From contig CAXHJY010001612.1 in NCBI GenBank assembly GCA_964016885.1, positions 1 to 64,000 on the forward strand: a DNA stretch of 64,000 nucleotides, given 5' to 3'. The DNA is from Eledone cirrhosa. Its lineage: Eukaryota. Of the stretch, positions 32,874-50,481 are shown piece by piece (within the stretch, counting starts at the first letter, position 1; each line of letters opens with the position of its first letter). The notes below the pieces were generated by a model. It saw only the letters and a list, made by a program, of their open reading frames with translations, made no database searches and had not been told where the DNA came from. The translations under genes were made by a program, and so were the position numbers.

Positions 32874-33514
32874 GCGCGTGCATGCATTTATCAATGCACA
32901 TATGTAGATTGGTATATATGTAAGAGAAGATGCTTATTTCACTGTTTGTATGTACATATGTATGTTTGTAGTTTAATCATAAAGAGACAATTGTCCCGTT
33001 CTGTTTATTTCTACATCCTATCAAATAAGTATTGATTAGAACCTCTCTTGAACTTTGCTCTGTGTAAACCGCTTATTTGCGAATCCAAACCGTCTGTTGT
33101 TTTTGTGTTGACTCTAATTTATCATGTCAGAACCTTGACGGTCAAAGTTCAAACGGAGTTTATTATATTGATATTACTAACAAGACATTTATCATTTATT
33201 AACATTCGGTGTTAGTTGATGACTTTTACGATATATCCCAAAAGAATTTGATAATTTTAGTTTGCTATTTCATTCCTAATGAGACCGAGATGTTAGATTC
33301 TTCAGCTCGCCACATTGCGGCAATCATATCTATGTATGTATGATGGAGTCGTATGGGTACTGTAGTGACATACGGCGTTTCTTGATCATGTTTGCTTAGA
33401 GCTGGTGGAGCCCCTCCCCCTATCCAGATCTGAATGAGGCCAATTTCTCTCAGAGTAAGGAAAGAAAGTTATAGATGAAGGGTGTGAGGAATGATATATA
33501 GAGAAAGAATTGAC

Positions 33515-33668
33515 CATAGTACTGGACTGGCATTTTGTTTTGTTGACTCTGGAGGTATGAAAAGCAAAGGTGATCTCGGCGGAATTTGAATTCAGAGAAC
33601 AGAGAGCCAGAACAAATACCGCAAAGCATTCTATCTGATGTTCTAACGACTTCGCTAATTCGACGCCT
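33515..33668 (-). mobile_element. Diverged tRNA-derived SINE (Nin-like)
   Basis: atgaaaagcaaaggtgatctcggcggaatttgaattcag resembles the B-box/core of 1538-1723. Confidence 0.6.
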
Positions 33669-34436
33669 GATCACAGCAAATTAAATTTATAGAAATCAAC
33701 TAGAAGCTTCCAATCTTTGAAGTGGTAGACATTTACTCTCTTCATTGGATGTTGGAGTTTATCCTATTTTGTTTGTAATTATGCCAGCATAAATGGGTGC
33801 CAAGTAGGCCAGTTGTCATGGGATTTCAAATGCTGTGTGGCCTAGTCCCTTGTTACACATAAACTCGTAATTCTTTGGGAAACAATTATCGTTACTTTTA
33901 TAAATCATTTTCGTTCTAGTTTTATTGTTGTGATATTTGGAAGAACATCTACAGAATATTTACATCTATATATCGGCAAACAATTCGTCAGCAATACTTA
34001 ATGCGTAGTTTGAAACGAAGCGGTTACATTTACATTTAGCATGGCTATATGACATGTTGAAGTAGGATCTAAATTTAAATTTTAGATGATCTTATTCCCA
34101 GTTGTGTACTAACATGTTTACAAACGATATTAGTATTTTGAGTCTGTTCAATACTTACCACTGGAACCAATTCATGGGAGAAATCTACTCCAAGATATTA
34201 GCCCCAATCAGAAACTCACGTGATTTAACTATTAGTCTTGTCATGGATGCTGCAATTGTTATACTTGGACACGACATTTTTGTAATGGCGGATTAAGGGA
34301 TTGACTCAGGGGCAGTGATAGATTAAGGTACGATTCCTAGTGCATTAAAGGGCGACACAATAGCAGTAAAAGATTTAGGGGGAGGTCTTAGTGGCATTGG
34401 TGGTATGTGTTTATACATTTGTAAGAAAAAAATCTG

Positions 34437-34745
34437 TTGCACTCATACCTAGTGGTAAGGGTCTTGGAATTATGATCGTGATATCGTTGGTTCGATTCCT
34501 GGCCTGGGCTGCTAGTTGTGTTCTTGAGTAAAACACTTAATTTCACGTTACTCCAATATACTCAGTGGAAACACAAATTCAGTAACTGCAATAGCTGGGA
34601 GTATAAACCTGATTTGGACCATCGTCCTGTCCAGGGGGAAGTCTTGTACTCTCAGGCACTTCACACCACGGACACCGGGATAAACACCGTCCTGATGACC
34701 CCCCCCCCCCCGGGCTTGAGACACACGTTAGACTTTTAGACTTAG
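34437..34745 (+). mobile_element. tRNA-derived SINE with conserved central domains (V/Meta-type, assignment uncertain)
   Basis: A box TAGTGGTAAGG and B box GGTTCGATTCC, then TGTGTTCTTGAGTAAAACACTT and GGACCATCGTCCTGTCCAGGGG. Confidence 0.6.
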
Positions 34746-35118
34746 ATTAATAACTAAAATGGAACACAGAGGGAGATGGTGATGGTTTATAGTTAGTGAT
34801 AGTATGTGTGTATATGTGTTTCCGGTAAACTGAACAGGAGGCAGTTTCAGAAATGTCTTTCAGTGCGGATATATTCAATTTCCAGTGAAATACATCACAC
34901 ACTGTCATATCAATATTGGAAATATCTGGGCAACTAGTATTATGAGAATAGTCACCAGGAAAATTAATGCATCGATACTTTATAAATACGAATCAAACGA
35001 TTTTGGCTAAAATCTGACGCACATCAACAAGTTCTAGATCAATTCAAAACGACATGATACGGATATACAGAAAGCTTCATAAACACACACAGCACAGCCA
35101 TACGTTCACAGGTATGCG

Positions 35119-35174
<56 letters not shown>

Positions 35175-35243
35175 ATTACATACACACACTTTCGCATATA
35201 AATCCATGTGAATCTTCATCGATATAAACAAGGATAGGATTAT

Positions 35244-35280
<37 letters not shown>

Positions 35281-35539
35281 CACATGCATGCATATATCTA
35301 TCTATCTTATATATATATATAAATATATATATATATATGCATATACATGCATGCATATATAAATATATGCATAAATATTGGTAGGCAAATATCAGTATTG
35401 TGCATTTAAATATACATCTGAACATCAGAACGTACGGACATTTATTTAAATATATATGTTACGTGAATATTGATATATATATATATACACACACACATAT
35501 ATATATACATACACACACACAAACATACACCCTTATGTC

Positions 35540-39410
<3,871 letters not shown>

Positions 39411-41125
39411 TTTATTAAAATAACAGATTAAAGTTTAAGCAAAGAATCGCTGCTTTCACCCTTAACGGGATCTTCTGAAACTAACAAAGTCAATCTGTAA
39501 ACGCAGAACTGGATATTTAAAAAAACGTTGCAACCGGAGGAAGACAGGAAGACGATACTTTGGTTCGTGGAAACGTTCCCTGGCAAAGAACGGGAAAAAA
39601 CGAATATAATACGTCATTAATAGGAGCGGTGAAAAACAATTACGCGCAAACACAGAACCACGTTTATGGTATAAAAGAGGTCGTAGACTAATGTCTCTTA
39701 GGTGGTTCATAGAGACGTTCTCTGGCAATGGACGAAAAAAAAACGAAGATAATACGTCATATGTGGAGCGTGGAGAACAATTGCACGCAAAGACAAAACC
39801 ACGTAAATGGTATAGCAGAAGTCGTAGACTAAAATTCTAACTAGGAGACCAAATGAATCTCCGCTACAGAGTTAAAAACAAAGTAAATAAATACAATAGA
39901 GAAGTAATAGAAATAAATAAATACGTACACGCAAACAAATACGTACATACACAAGCATACGCGAAAACACTTACAATAGGTATACAAAACTACGCACATA
40001 TAAATATGTGTGTGTGTGTGTGTGTGCGTGTATACAAATAAATAAATAATTAAATAAATGTATATAACAAGCTCACACACATACCTACATGTAAATACAC
40101 AAATGTTCGGAGACGTAAGTCAACCAAAACATGAAGTACACATATACACACACCCGACATACGTACGAACCTGCAACTCACACAGACGCAAAACTCCCGT
40201 ATACACGTAACCAAACCATATGTACCAGAATATATAAAATTATACGCCATAATATATACAATCAAATATACGTACGAGAAAGTATACGTACCTTCAGAAA
40301 ACATACAGGTAATATATACTTACCTATGCAAATAAGTAATGGTATAAACAAAACATATACTTAGCTACCGCATCAAGACATACAATATCCACGTATACAT
40401 CGTACTATCCGTTTGGGTATAACGTGGGTCTGTAATACAGGAAAGTTTTGTGCAATTTATGTTTACAAGCCGAAATTGCCTCAGATTTTTGTTTAAGATG
40501 TGGTTTGCGTAGAGTATTTCCAGGGTGTCGGCGGCCCAGGGGTCATATGGTCTTTTATTTCCGTTATACGATCTAGGCTTAGCTAGGATCTCCCAGTGTA
40601 ACTTATATTGGGTGTGGTTGTCTTTTAGACTCCAGATATAAGCTGAAAGTGACGTCATATTCCTTCTTAGAGGGTAACAAAAAGAATGGGTATGCATGTA
40701 GAGACGCCGCTTGAATCTATTGGCGGTTAACCCTATGTAGGCCCTACGGGACGTGGGTGTTTCAACCTTACATTTGTAGACAATGTTACTAGAGATGCAT
40801 TTCCCGGATAGGGGCAATCAACCCGATTCCTACAATTACAGTTAGTACTAATTACAGGATTGCACTGTTCCTACGGCTAGGTAGTTTAGCTAAATTTGAA
40901 GCTGTGATGTTATGTGCAACGTTAGGAGTCGTAGAGTAAGAAATTTTAATAGTATTTCTATTAAAAATTTTACTATATTTATGTGTCGGGGGAAAATGCT
41001 TCGTAATAAGGGAAAGAAAGATCTTAGCTAATGGTGTGGCTACCTCCATATTATAAGGTGGGTTATACCAACAAATGCGACGGGATCTATTTCTTCTAGG
41101 TCTATTTTCGTACTCTGTATATGCT
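39411..41125 (-). mobile_element. 5'-truncated Hydra-like PLE with 3' HHR (39432-39482, CAGAAGA core)
   Basis: GIY-YIG pseudogene upstream on the same strand. agttt-CAGAAGA-tccc gttaa gggt-GAAA-gca..tgc-TT-aaact. Confidence 0.8.
40365..41105 (-). pseudogene. PLE linker + GIY-YIG endonuclease, disrupted
   Basis: [62 protein letters not shown]. Frameshifts or stops near 40815 and 40852. Confidence 0.85.
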
Positions 41126-41457
41126 ACCTTATCGACAAATCCACTCCGAGTAAGAACTTCAATGTAATAAGTGGAATAGTCGTTGAAAATATGCTCGTTA
41201 GTAGATAGATATGTATGTATATATATATGTATATATATATGTATGTATATATATATATGTATATATATATGTATGTATATATATATATATGTATATATAT
41301 ATGTATGTATATATATATATGTATATATATATGTATGTATATATATATATGTATATATATATGTATGTATATATATATATGTATATATATATATGTATAT
41401 ATATATATGTATATATATATATGTATATATATATGTATGTATATATATATATGTATA

Positions 41458-41500
<43 letters not shown>

Positions 41501-41523
41501 ATATATATATATATATGTATGTG

Positions 41524-41579
<56 letters not shown>

Positions 41580-41583
<4 letters not shown>

Positions 41584-41986
41584 AAAGAATAGAGGTGTAA
41601 CACACAAGTTATTATATATTGGTAAACGGAATAGAAAATGCTGACAAATTGTTCACAGTTGAAAAATGGTTTAATTAGGAATAAAAGAGTATTAGTGATT
41701 GTATGGGTTAGTATTCGGTTGTGGTTTTAAGTTTTTAAGTTTTTACCGGTTGCGCATTTCTAAATGCTTTTCAAAAATAACTTTGAGATAGAGTGTCCGT
41801 GCTGTTTGCTCTGATCTGATTAGTTTTGGGAATTCTACCTGTTTTTATGTTAAAAAAATTGGCTCCAGCGTTATTTTTGTGTTGCAAAAATGCTTGTGGT
41901 CAAAACAATTTTGATTGGTCGGTAGAGGTCATGTGGATAAAAAATTGGTTTTGCGCCAAGATTGAGAAATGACTCTTTCACAACAA

Positions 41987-42032
<46 letters not shown>

Positions 42033-42094
42033 TAAAGTATTCGATGCTGCGACAATAGCCAGCAGCGATGTGTGTCAAATGGCTATTAAGATAA

Positions 42095-42139
<45 letters not shown>

Positions 42140-42805
42140 TGTGTGTGTGTGTGTGTATATATACAGCAGAGTCATTCGAAGGTCAAAGGATATTTTTCAG
42201 CTTTTGTCTTATACGGAGAAGTGCGTGTGTGTGTGTGTGTGTATAAGTCTCTTTGTATGTTGATGTACGCGTGTGTTTGTGTATATATGTGTGTGTGTGT
42301 GGGGGGGGGGGACCAGTATTTTTTTCCCCCTGGTAAAATGGTGTACATTATTCGATTTTTTCAGTAAAATCGGTTCTCTTAATAGAACATCAAAAATCTT
42401 AACAATAAAAGGTGTGAAATGATATTCACTATATATATACACACACACACACACACATATATTCACTACATATATATATATATATATATATACATATATA
42501 CATACATATATATGCACATATATTTTTTTGTATTGCACCATAGAGCATGTGTGTTTACGTGTGTCATTGTGTCTATATGTGGGTAGAGATGTGTGCTGAT
42601 GTAGGTATGTATGTTGACGTGTGTATGTTGTGGGTTCGTCTTAGGGAGAAGTGTTTAGACGGGGTCCGTATTTGTTAATGAAGTAAGATTCCTTGCTGAT
42701 GCGCTGGGTGTGGGTGGCATTATCTTTAAATTTGTAGAAGGGAAAGATTCTGAAGTTGGGATGATTTTGGGCGGCACAGGTATCAATGTGTTCACGAATA
42801 CCTTA

Positions 42806-42847
<42 letters not shown>

Positions 42848-43199
42848 TTGTTGTGAAAGAGTCATTTCTCAATCTTGGCGCAAAACCAATTTTTTATTCA
42901 CATGACCTCTACCGACCAATCAAAATTGTTTTGACCACAAGCATTTTTGCAACACAAAAATAACGCTGGAGCCAATTTTTTTAACATAAAAACAGGTAGA
43001 ATTCCCAAAACTAATCAGATCAGAGCAAACAGCACGGACACTCTATCTCAAAATTATTTTTGAAAAGCATTTAGAAATGCGCAACCGGTAAAAACTTAAA
43101 AACTTAAAACCACAACCGAATACTAACCCATACAATCACTAATACTCTTTTATTCACTGTGAACAATTTGTCAGCATTTTCTATTCCGTTTACCAATAT
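41580..43199. mobile_element. Head-to-head non-coding element (arms 41614-42043 and 42795-43199); HHR-like motifs 41741-41777 (-) and 43057-43093 (+)
   Basis: About 400-bp inverted repeat. ttt-TTGAAAA-gcattt..aatgc-GCAA-ccgg-TA-aaa. Confidence 0.75.
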
Positions 43200-43248
43200 A
43201 TATATATATATATATATGTATGTGTATATATATATATGTATATATATG

Positions 43249-43407
<159 letters not shown>

Positions 43408-44103
43408 TTGGATGGCCACTGATGAGGACAAACTTTTTCATATGTAACCCATTTGCAGCGCCGCAGCTCCATTATTATCATATTTACACATATATTTTTT
43501 CCTCTGCTGCCACCAGTCTGTTTCGTTCTTTGTGTCTTTACCCTTTCTAGCAGTCTCTCTGTTAGCCTCTTCCTCACCTTTCACTCTCTCACTCTCTGTC
43601 ACTACCTCTCCTCATCCCCTTTCTTCCCGTTTGACCTGTCTGTAATCCTTTCCCGCGGGCACTTGGCCAAGCCGGTATGAATTTTTTTCTCTCTCTCTCG
43701 TCTGCAACTTCACAGAACTTATGTTTACCGAATTCGCAGACCAGACCCCTTCTTCCTCCCGTTAGACCTGTGCGAAATTCCTTCCTTGCTCACATTTCAA
43801 CCAGGTTTGATGGTCTTTATTCTCTCGTTCACGATTCGACCGAATTTATATTCATAGAAATCTGGGACTTGTTTCCTTCTTCATCACTTTCTGCTGCTTA
43901 AACCATTTTGTTTGTTTACCCTAGCGTCCCCTTTATTTACGTGTCCCAACGACTTTTTTTTAGCCGTTGCTCGCACCAACCTGAGGTATATGGCCTTTAA
44001 TGCGACGAAATGCCTACGACGGTTGGATGGCCACTGATGAGGACAAACTTTTTCATATGTAACCCATTTGCAGCGCCGCAGCTCCATTATTATCATATTT
44101 ACA
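43408..44103 (+). mobile_element. Partial-tandem non-coding element (about 80-bp direct terminal repeat, period about 617 bp)
   Basis: ttggatggccactgatgaggac..catatttaca at about 43408-43488 and 44024-44103. Flanked by (TA)n. Confidence 0.55.
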
Positions 44104-44187
44104 TATATATATATATGTATGTATGTATATATATATATATATATATGTATGTATATATATATATGTATGTATATATATATATGTATG

Positions 44188-44226
<39 letters not shown>

Positions 44227-44370
44227 GTATGTATATATATATATATATGTATGTATATATATATATATATGTATGTATATATATATATGTATGTATATAT
44301 ATATATATGTATGTATATATATATGATGTATATATATATATATATGATGTATATATATATATATATGATG

Positions 44371-44404
<34 letters not shown>

Positions 44405-44422
44405 TGTATGTATGTATGTATG

Positions 44423-44462
<40 letters not shown>

Positions 44463-44463
<1 letters not shown>

Positions 44464-44984
44464 CCCCAGTAAGGTTTCTTGGTGAGGAGGGTGACTTTGG
44501 ACATCCTGCAGGACTAAAAACAAAACCTGTCAAAGGGCAAAGGAGCTCTTAAGAGTCGATGGCCATCCAAAATCACCGGGAGAGATGAACCCTTAGCCTT
44601 TGTCAAGGCAGAATTCTAGGAGAACGAAAATTCTGATATAACACCTGCAACACTGATGGCATCCACTGATGTTGACATGTTCTTCTTTTTGGTAAATATC
44701 ATCTTGGTTAAGAGAGTGGGACTGGCTTTGTGCTGTGCCTTTGCTCACTATAAAAGCTTCACGGCTCAGGCATTGCTTTATATCTGGAGATCTCTCTGCA
44801 CTTGTCGTCACATGGTACCATGGGCCCAGTACTATGTGTCAATAATTGACACAAGTGTAGTGTTTGTACCAGAGTTTTCAAGTCGCTGGCTGGACTAAAA
44901 AGTCACTTGTTCAGCGCATCGGTAGGGGTTCTCCTACAGGGATATAAAGTAGTGGCCGTACTCGAAAACGAGTTGTCTGCCACC
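44463..44984 (+). mobile_element. Second, 5'-truncated copy of the RTE-related non-autonomous retroposon
   Basis: Reverse complement of about 20371-20902. Confidence 0.8.
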
Positions 44985-45004
44985 ATATATATATATATAT
45001 ATAT

Positions 45005-45287
45005 AAGATCAAAAGATGGTTAAAAGAGTTGCATGTATTTTATTATGCGCATTTCAAAAACAAATATCACCATGCAATGACATTTGCGTTTTCGTCAGAT
45101 AAAATAGGGAGACATGATATGAAGGTTAAAACACACTTGTGAATAGTTTTAAATCAACATATAAATAAAATACATGAACTTTTTAACCATCTTTTGATCT
45201 TATTTATACTCCAGTCTTACAAACTATAGAGTGCTACTATATCCGATATCTGCATTGCTTTATTGTACTACAATAAAACTCACCTCC

Positions 45288-45290
<3 letters not shown>
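45005..45290. mobile_element. Head-to-head element with HHR 45036-45106 (-); plus arm 45164-45290 carries tail (tail fragment also at 3875-3909)
   Basis: tattttat-CTGACGA-stem II-GAAA-tgcgca-TA-ataaaata. 45005-45044 is inverted against 45164-45202. Confidence 0.8.
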
Positions 45291-45337
<47 letters not shown>

Positions 45338-45389
45338 TATGTATGTATATATATATATATATATGTATGTATATTTATATATATGTATG

Positions 45390-45423
<34 letters not shown>

Positions 45424-45424
<1 letters not shown>

Positions 45425-45584
45425 GGACACACTAGAAGTGGAAGACCAAGGTTAACGTATGTTGATGCCATAAGGACAGACACTGGTCTGTTGGAGACGC
45501 AGGACATGGCAGCTATAATTAGGGACAGAGACCGCTGGAGAGAACTCGTCCATGGATCTCTGGAATTTTACCCGCCTTAGATAG
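45424..45584 (+). pseudogene. 3' end of a different RTE-clade LINE ORF
   Basis: [37 protein letters not shown], typical RTE C-terminal GRP..DR..WR motif. Confidence 0.7.
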
Positions 45585-45646
45585 ATATGTATATATATAT
45601 CTATGTATATATATATATATGTATGTATATATATATATATGTATGA

Positions 45647-45690
<44 letters not shown>

Positions 45691-45694
<4 letters not shown>

Positions 45695-45878
45695 TTCTAC
45701 AGGACTAGAACTGTTTCATTCATTAGAAATCATCAGGAATCTCTGAGATTCCTGATGATTTCTAATCAATGAAACAGTTCTAGTCCTGTAGAATCTCATC
45801 TATATTAAAACTTTTATACTCTGCTATGTATTGAGTACCTTACTTACTGTGGTTACCTCCGATTCAACCCGGAATAAC

Positions 45879-45879
<1 letters not shown>
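45691..45879. ncRNA. Palindromic hammerhead pair (45691-45743 minus, 45745-45797 plus) plus 3' tail
   Basis: gagattc-CTGATGA-tttctaat(c/g)aat-GAAA-cag..ctg-TA-gaatctc. 1-nt centre. Helix II is weak. Confidence 0.75.
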
Positions 45880-45958
<79 letters not shown>

Positions 45959-45959
45959 G

Positions 45960-45990
<31 letters not shown>

Positions 45991-45991
45991 G

Positions 45992-46033
<42 letters not shown>

Positions 46034-46061
46034 TGTATATATATATATATATATATATATA

Positions 46062-46323
46062 AACTCTATGCTGTAAAGCAATTATAGTAATACTGGACTG
46101 TAATACGATCGGCTTCAACTATACAAACTCTTGAAAGTCAACAGTTGACATAATCTGGTAATCTTGTATCAGTAATGACGGTAATATATATATATATATG
46201 TGTGTGTGTGCGTGTAAGTGAGTAGAGTAGCGTGTGTGTGTGTTTGTTGTGTGTGTGAGTGTTGCTGTGTGCACGCATATGTATGCGTGTGTGTGTATGT
46301 CGTACGTATAAGTGTCAATAAGT

Positions 46324-46365
<42 letters not shown>

Positions 46366-46667
46366 GCGGGGACATAGAAATAATCGGGCTGGATGCCCGA
46401 TCGCGCAGTTAAACCACTGGGAGTGAAGAACCCCTAGCCCATGTCAGGGTATTCTTCTAGGAGAAGGCATCTCAGAAAACTGGGTTAACTCCGATAAAAA
46501 AACCTGCGGCTCAGTAGTTACCGATGATGTTGATCTTTTCTTCTTTTCGGGTTATAGCTACTGTCGCTCAGAGAGTGGGATTGGTTCAGTGCACAGTCTT
46601 TCCTCACTTTAAAAATATTCGTCACGCACAGGCATTGCACGAGTGCATTAATAATTATTAATAGTGT

Positions 46668-46702
<35 letters not shown>

Positions 46703-49700
46703 TATTATTACTTTTTTTTTTTTTTTTTCTCCCTTTTTTTTTTTTTTTTTTTTTCCAATTCAATGATGTTCCAGAACAATGTAAACGAGATAGTTGCCAA
46801 TTTGGGTTCTGGAACAAAAAAGATCATTGGCAATAAGGGCAGGGGCCCCAAGTTATCACAACCTGGGCCCGCCCGTCATCGTGCCATTGTAATAGAGCCA
46901 AACAGGGCATTTAGTCTTGGCTGCTGGAACGTACGGACGCTGCTTGACAGGGATTCTTTGGAGCGTCCTGAACGAAGGACCGCTCTTGTTGCGAAGGAGC
47001 TTCGACGTTACGATCTTGACATCGTGGCTTTGTCTGAGACGAGGTTAGCTGGAGATGGTCATCTTACGGAATTTTGTGGAGAATATACATTCTTCTGGAA
47101 AGGAAGAGATGAAGGAACCAGAAGAGAGGCTGGGGTAGGATTTGCTGTTAAGACTGTACTGGTGAATAAATTGGAAGAATTCCCAGTGGGGATTAGTGAG
47201 CGTCTTATGTCCATGAGAGTTCCGCTGGACAAGGGAAGATATGCTACCCTGGTGAGTGTGTATGCTCCAACTATGAATTCTGTCGATGAAGAAAAACTGT
47301 CCTTTTACCATGCCTTGAAAGGTGTTTTAAGAAATATCCCTCAGGCAGACAAAGTCATCGTGCTTGGTGACTTTAATGCTAGAGTGGGTAGGGATTTTAA
47401 CACATGGAATGTAATCGGAAGGCATGGGGTGGGAAAGTGTAACAGCAATGGTATGCTCTTGCTGCAGATGTGTGAGGAGCTGGATCAGTGTGTTACCAGC
47501 ACCATGTTCCAACAAAAGAACAAATTCAAGACCACATGGATGCATCCTGCATCTAAGGAATGGCATCTTTTGGACTACGTCCTAGTCAGGATGCGTGACA
47601 GACAGGATGTGCGGTGTGTTCGTGTTCTTCGTGGAGCTGAGTGCTGGACGGACCACCGCCTGGTACGCGCAAAAGTGAATCTAATCACCAAACGTAAAAT
47701 CCGGGCTCCTGGTGTTACCCTGCCCAAAAGATTGAATGCTGCTCGTCTTAAGGATAAAAATGTGAAGAGGACATTGGAAGAAGAGATGCAGGCTGCAGAT
47801 CTTGGTGAGGATTGGCCGACCCTTAAAAAGTCGGTTTATGATGTAGGCAGACGTGTTCTGGGATTGGTGCAGAGAAAACATCAGGACTGGTTTAATGAGA
47901 AAGATGTGCATATAGATGACTTGTTGGCTGATAAGAGGCGCGCTCTGTCACGCTACTTGACGGCAAGACCACAGGAGAGGAATACGTTGCATGAGGAGCT
48001 CAGGGATGTAAAATCACGTGTTAGGCGGAGTCTTTCTCAGATGAAGGATCAGTGGTGGAGTGAGAAGGCTGGTGAGATACAAACTGCGTCTGATTGCAAT
48101 AACACAAAGCTGTTGTACAGTCTCTTGCGTGAGGTTTATGGACCGTCTTCTTCTCTGGTGACACCGATTCGCAGCAAGGATGGCAAAGAACTTCTTCGTG
48201 ACTCACAGGGAATTCTACGAAGGTGGCGGGAGCACTTTGATGATCTTTTGAATCAGCCGTCTGTCGTCAGTGAAGATTTCCTCAATCTCATTCCGGAAAG
48301 TCCTGTGAAAGTAGCTCTCGCAGAGCCTCCGACACTTGTGGAGGTTGCAGTGGCTATTTCGAAGCTGAACAGTGGAAGATCTCCAGGTATGGATGGCATA
48401 CATGCTGAGCTCCTACAATATGGTGGTGAGAGACTCCTGCAACATCTTCACTCTCTGTTTGGAAGGATATGGGCTAATGAATCCGTGCCTGAGGACTGGA
48501 GAGATGCAGTAATGGTGGTCTTGTACAAGGGAAAGGGTAACAGGAATGATTGTGGGAACTACAGAGGTATATCATTGCTTTCTGTCGTGGGGAAAGTTTT
48601 ATGTAGGGTGCTTCTGGACCGTCTGCTGACACACATTGCAGATTGTGTCCTTCCTGAAAGTCAATCTGGTTTTCGTGTTGGACGCGGCACTACTGATATG
48701 ATCTTCTCAGCTAGACAGCTCCAGGAGAAGTGCATTGAACAGGGCTTGGATCTGTATCAGGTTTTTGTCGATCTGACAAAGGCTTTCGATACTGTCAACA
48801 GAGATGCATTATGGAAGGTTCTCCAGAAACTTGGTTGCCCTGATAAGTTCCTTGCTTTAGTTAGGTCTTTCCATGACGACATGAAGGCTTGGGTTAATGT
48901 CGGAGGTAACATGTCGGAGCCTATCTCAGTAAAAAATGGAGTGAAACAGGGGGATATTCCAGCACCGACCCTGTTTGCCATATACTTTGCAATGGTTTTC
49001 TGTATTGCATTCAGGAATTGCGAGCATGGTGTTTACATCCGATATCGAACCTCAGGCAGCATATTTAACATCAGGCGCTTTGCTGCGAAGACAAAAGTAT
49101 TTACATCAGTCATAAGAGACCTCTTGTATGCAGATGATTGCGATCTTGTAGCGCACACAGAGAGTGATATGCAGCACATTTTGAATGTATTTTCTGACGC
49201 TTGCACTGCCCTGGGTTTGACTGTCAGTCTCAAGAAAACCGTCGTCATGTACCAACCTGCACCTGGTAGGCAGTACACTGAACCAAACATCTATGTGTAT
49301 GGCAAACGACTTGGAGTGGTTGATCAGTTTGTCTACCTGGGAAGCACTGTCAATCGATACGGCAACCTTGACAGTGAAATCTCACTTAGGATTAGGAAAG
49401 CAAGTGATGCTTTCGGAAAGCTAGAAAGGCGACTCTGGGGTCGGCGAGACATATGCAGGAGGACAAAGGTAAGGGTGTACAGGGCATGTGTACTCTCTTG
49501 TCTTCTTTATGCCTGCGAGACCTGGGTCACATATCGACGCCACCTTAAGCAATTGGAGCGTTTCCATCAGATGTGTCTCAGACGGATACATGGCGTTCGC
49601 TGGAGGGACCACATCAGTGATGTCGAGATTTTGGAAAGCTCTATGTGTGACAGTATAGAAGCTCTTGTGCTTAAGCAGCGACTCCGTTGGAGTGGTCACC

Positions 49701-50316
49701 TTGCCAGGATGAAGGATTCTAGAATACCAAAACAACTCTTCTATGGAGAGTTGGTTAAAGGAAAACGACCGCCACATAAACCAAAAAAGAGGTATAAGGA
49801 TTCCTTGAAGGCCTCTCTGAAAGACGCTAACATCTCTGCTGATACATGGGAAAATATTGCTGCTGATCGTAATAAATGGAGAAAGACTGTATATGAGGGA
49901 AAAGTTGCCTTTGAGGCATCTCGAATCGCACACGAGAAAGTAAAGCGGGACGTGAGGAAGGGTATTGCTGTTGCACTTCCAGACGGCGAGGGTCCTCCTA
50001 TGTTTCTGACATGCAGCGTCTGTGCGAGACTCTGCCTAAGCAAAGCTGGACTCGAAAGTCATCTTCGCAGTCATAAAGTAAGACCAGTGGTTGACTACCA
50101 GGCTGCTGTTGGAGATGCTACTCATCATGCTTGCCAAACATGTGGTAGAGAATGTAAATCAGCAGGAGGACTCAAGCGACATGCAAAAGTACACGAACTC
50201 CAACCACAGCCGACTATTCCCAGTAAATGTTTTGGTTGCCGACTCTGTGCAAGACATTTTGGATCATTGGCTGGGCTAAAAAGCCACATTCGATCGCAGC
50301 ACTGTTAGTTGCTATC

Positions 50317-50356
<40 letters not shown>

Positions 50357-50435
50357 GCTTATGTGCGTGCGTGTGTGTGTATATATATATGAATATGTAT
50401 ATTATTATTGTTGTTGTCGTTATTATTATTATTGC

Positions 50436-50481
<46 letters not shown>

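Noticed and set aside
32870-35240. Most complex non-repetitive stretch as a host gene
   Set aside because: Only short ORFs without motifs, and it contains two SINEs. A small exon cannot be excluded but is unsupported.
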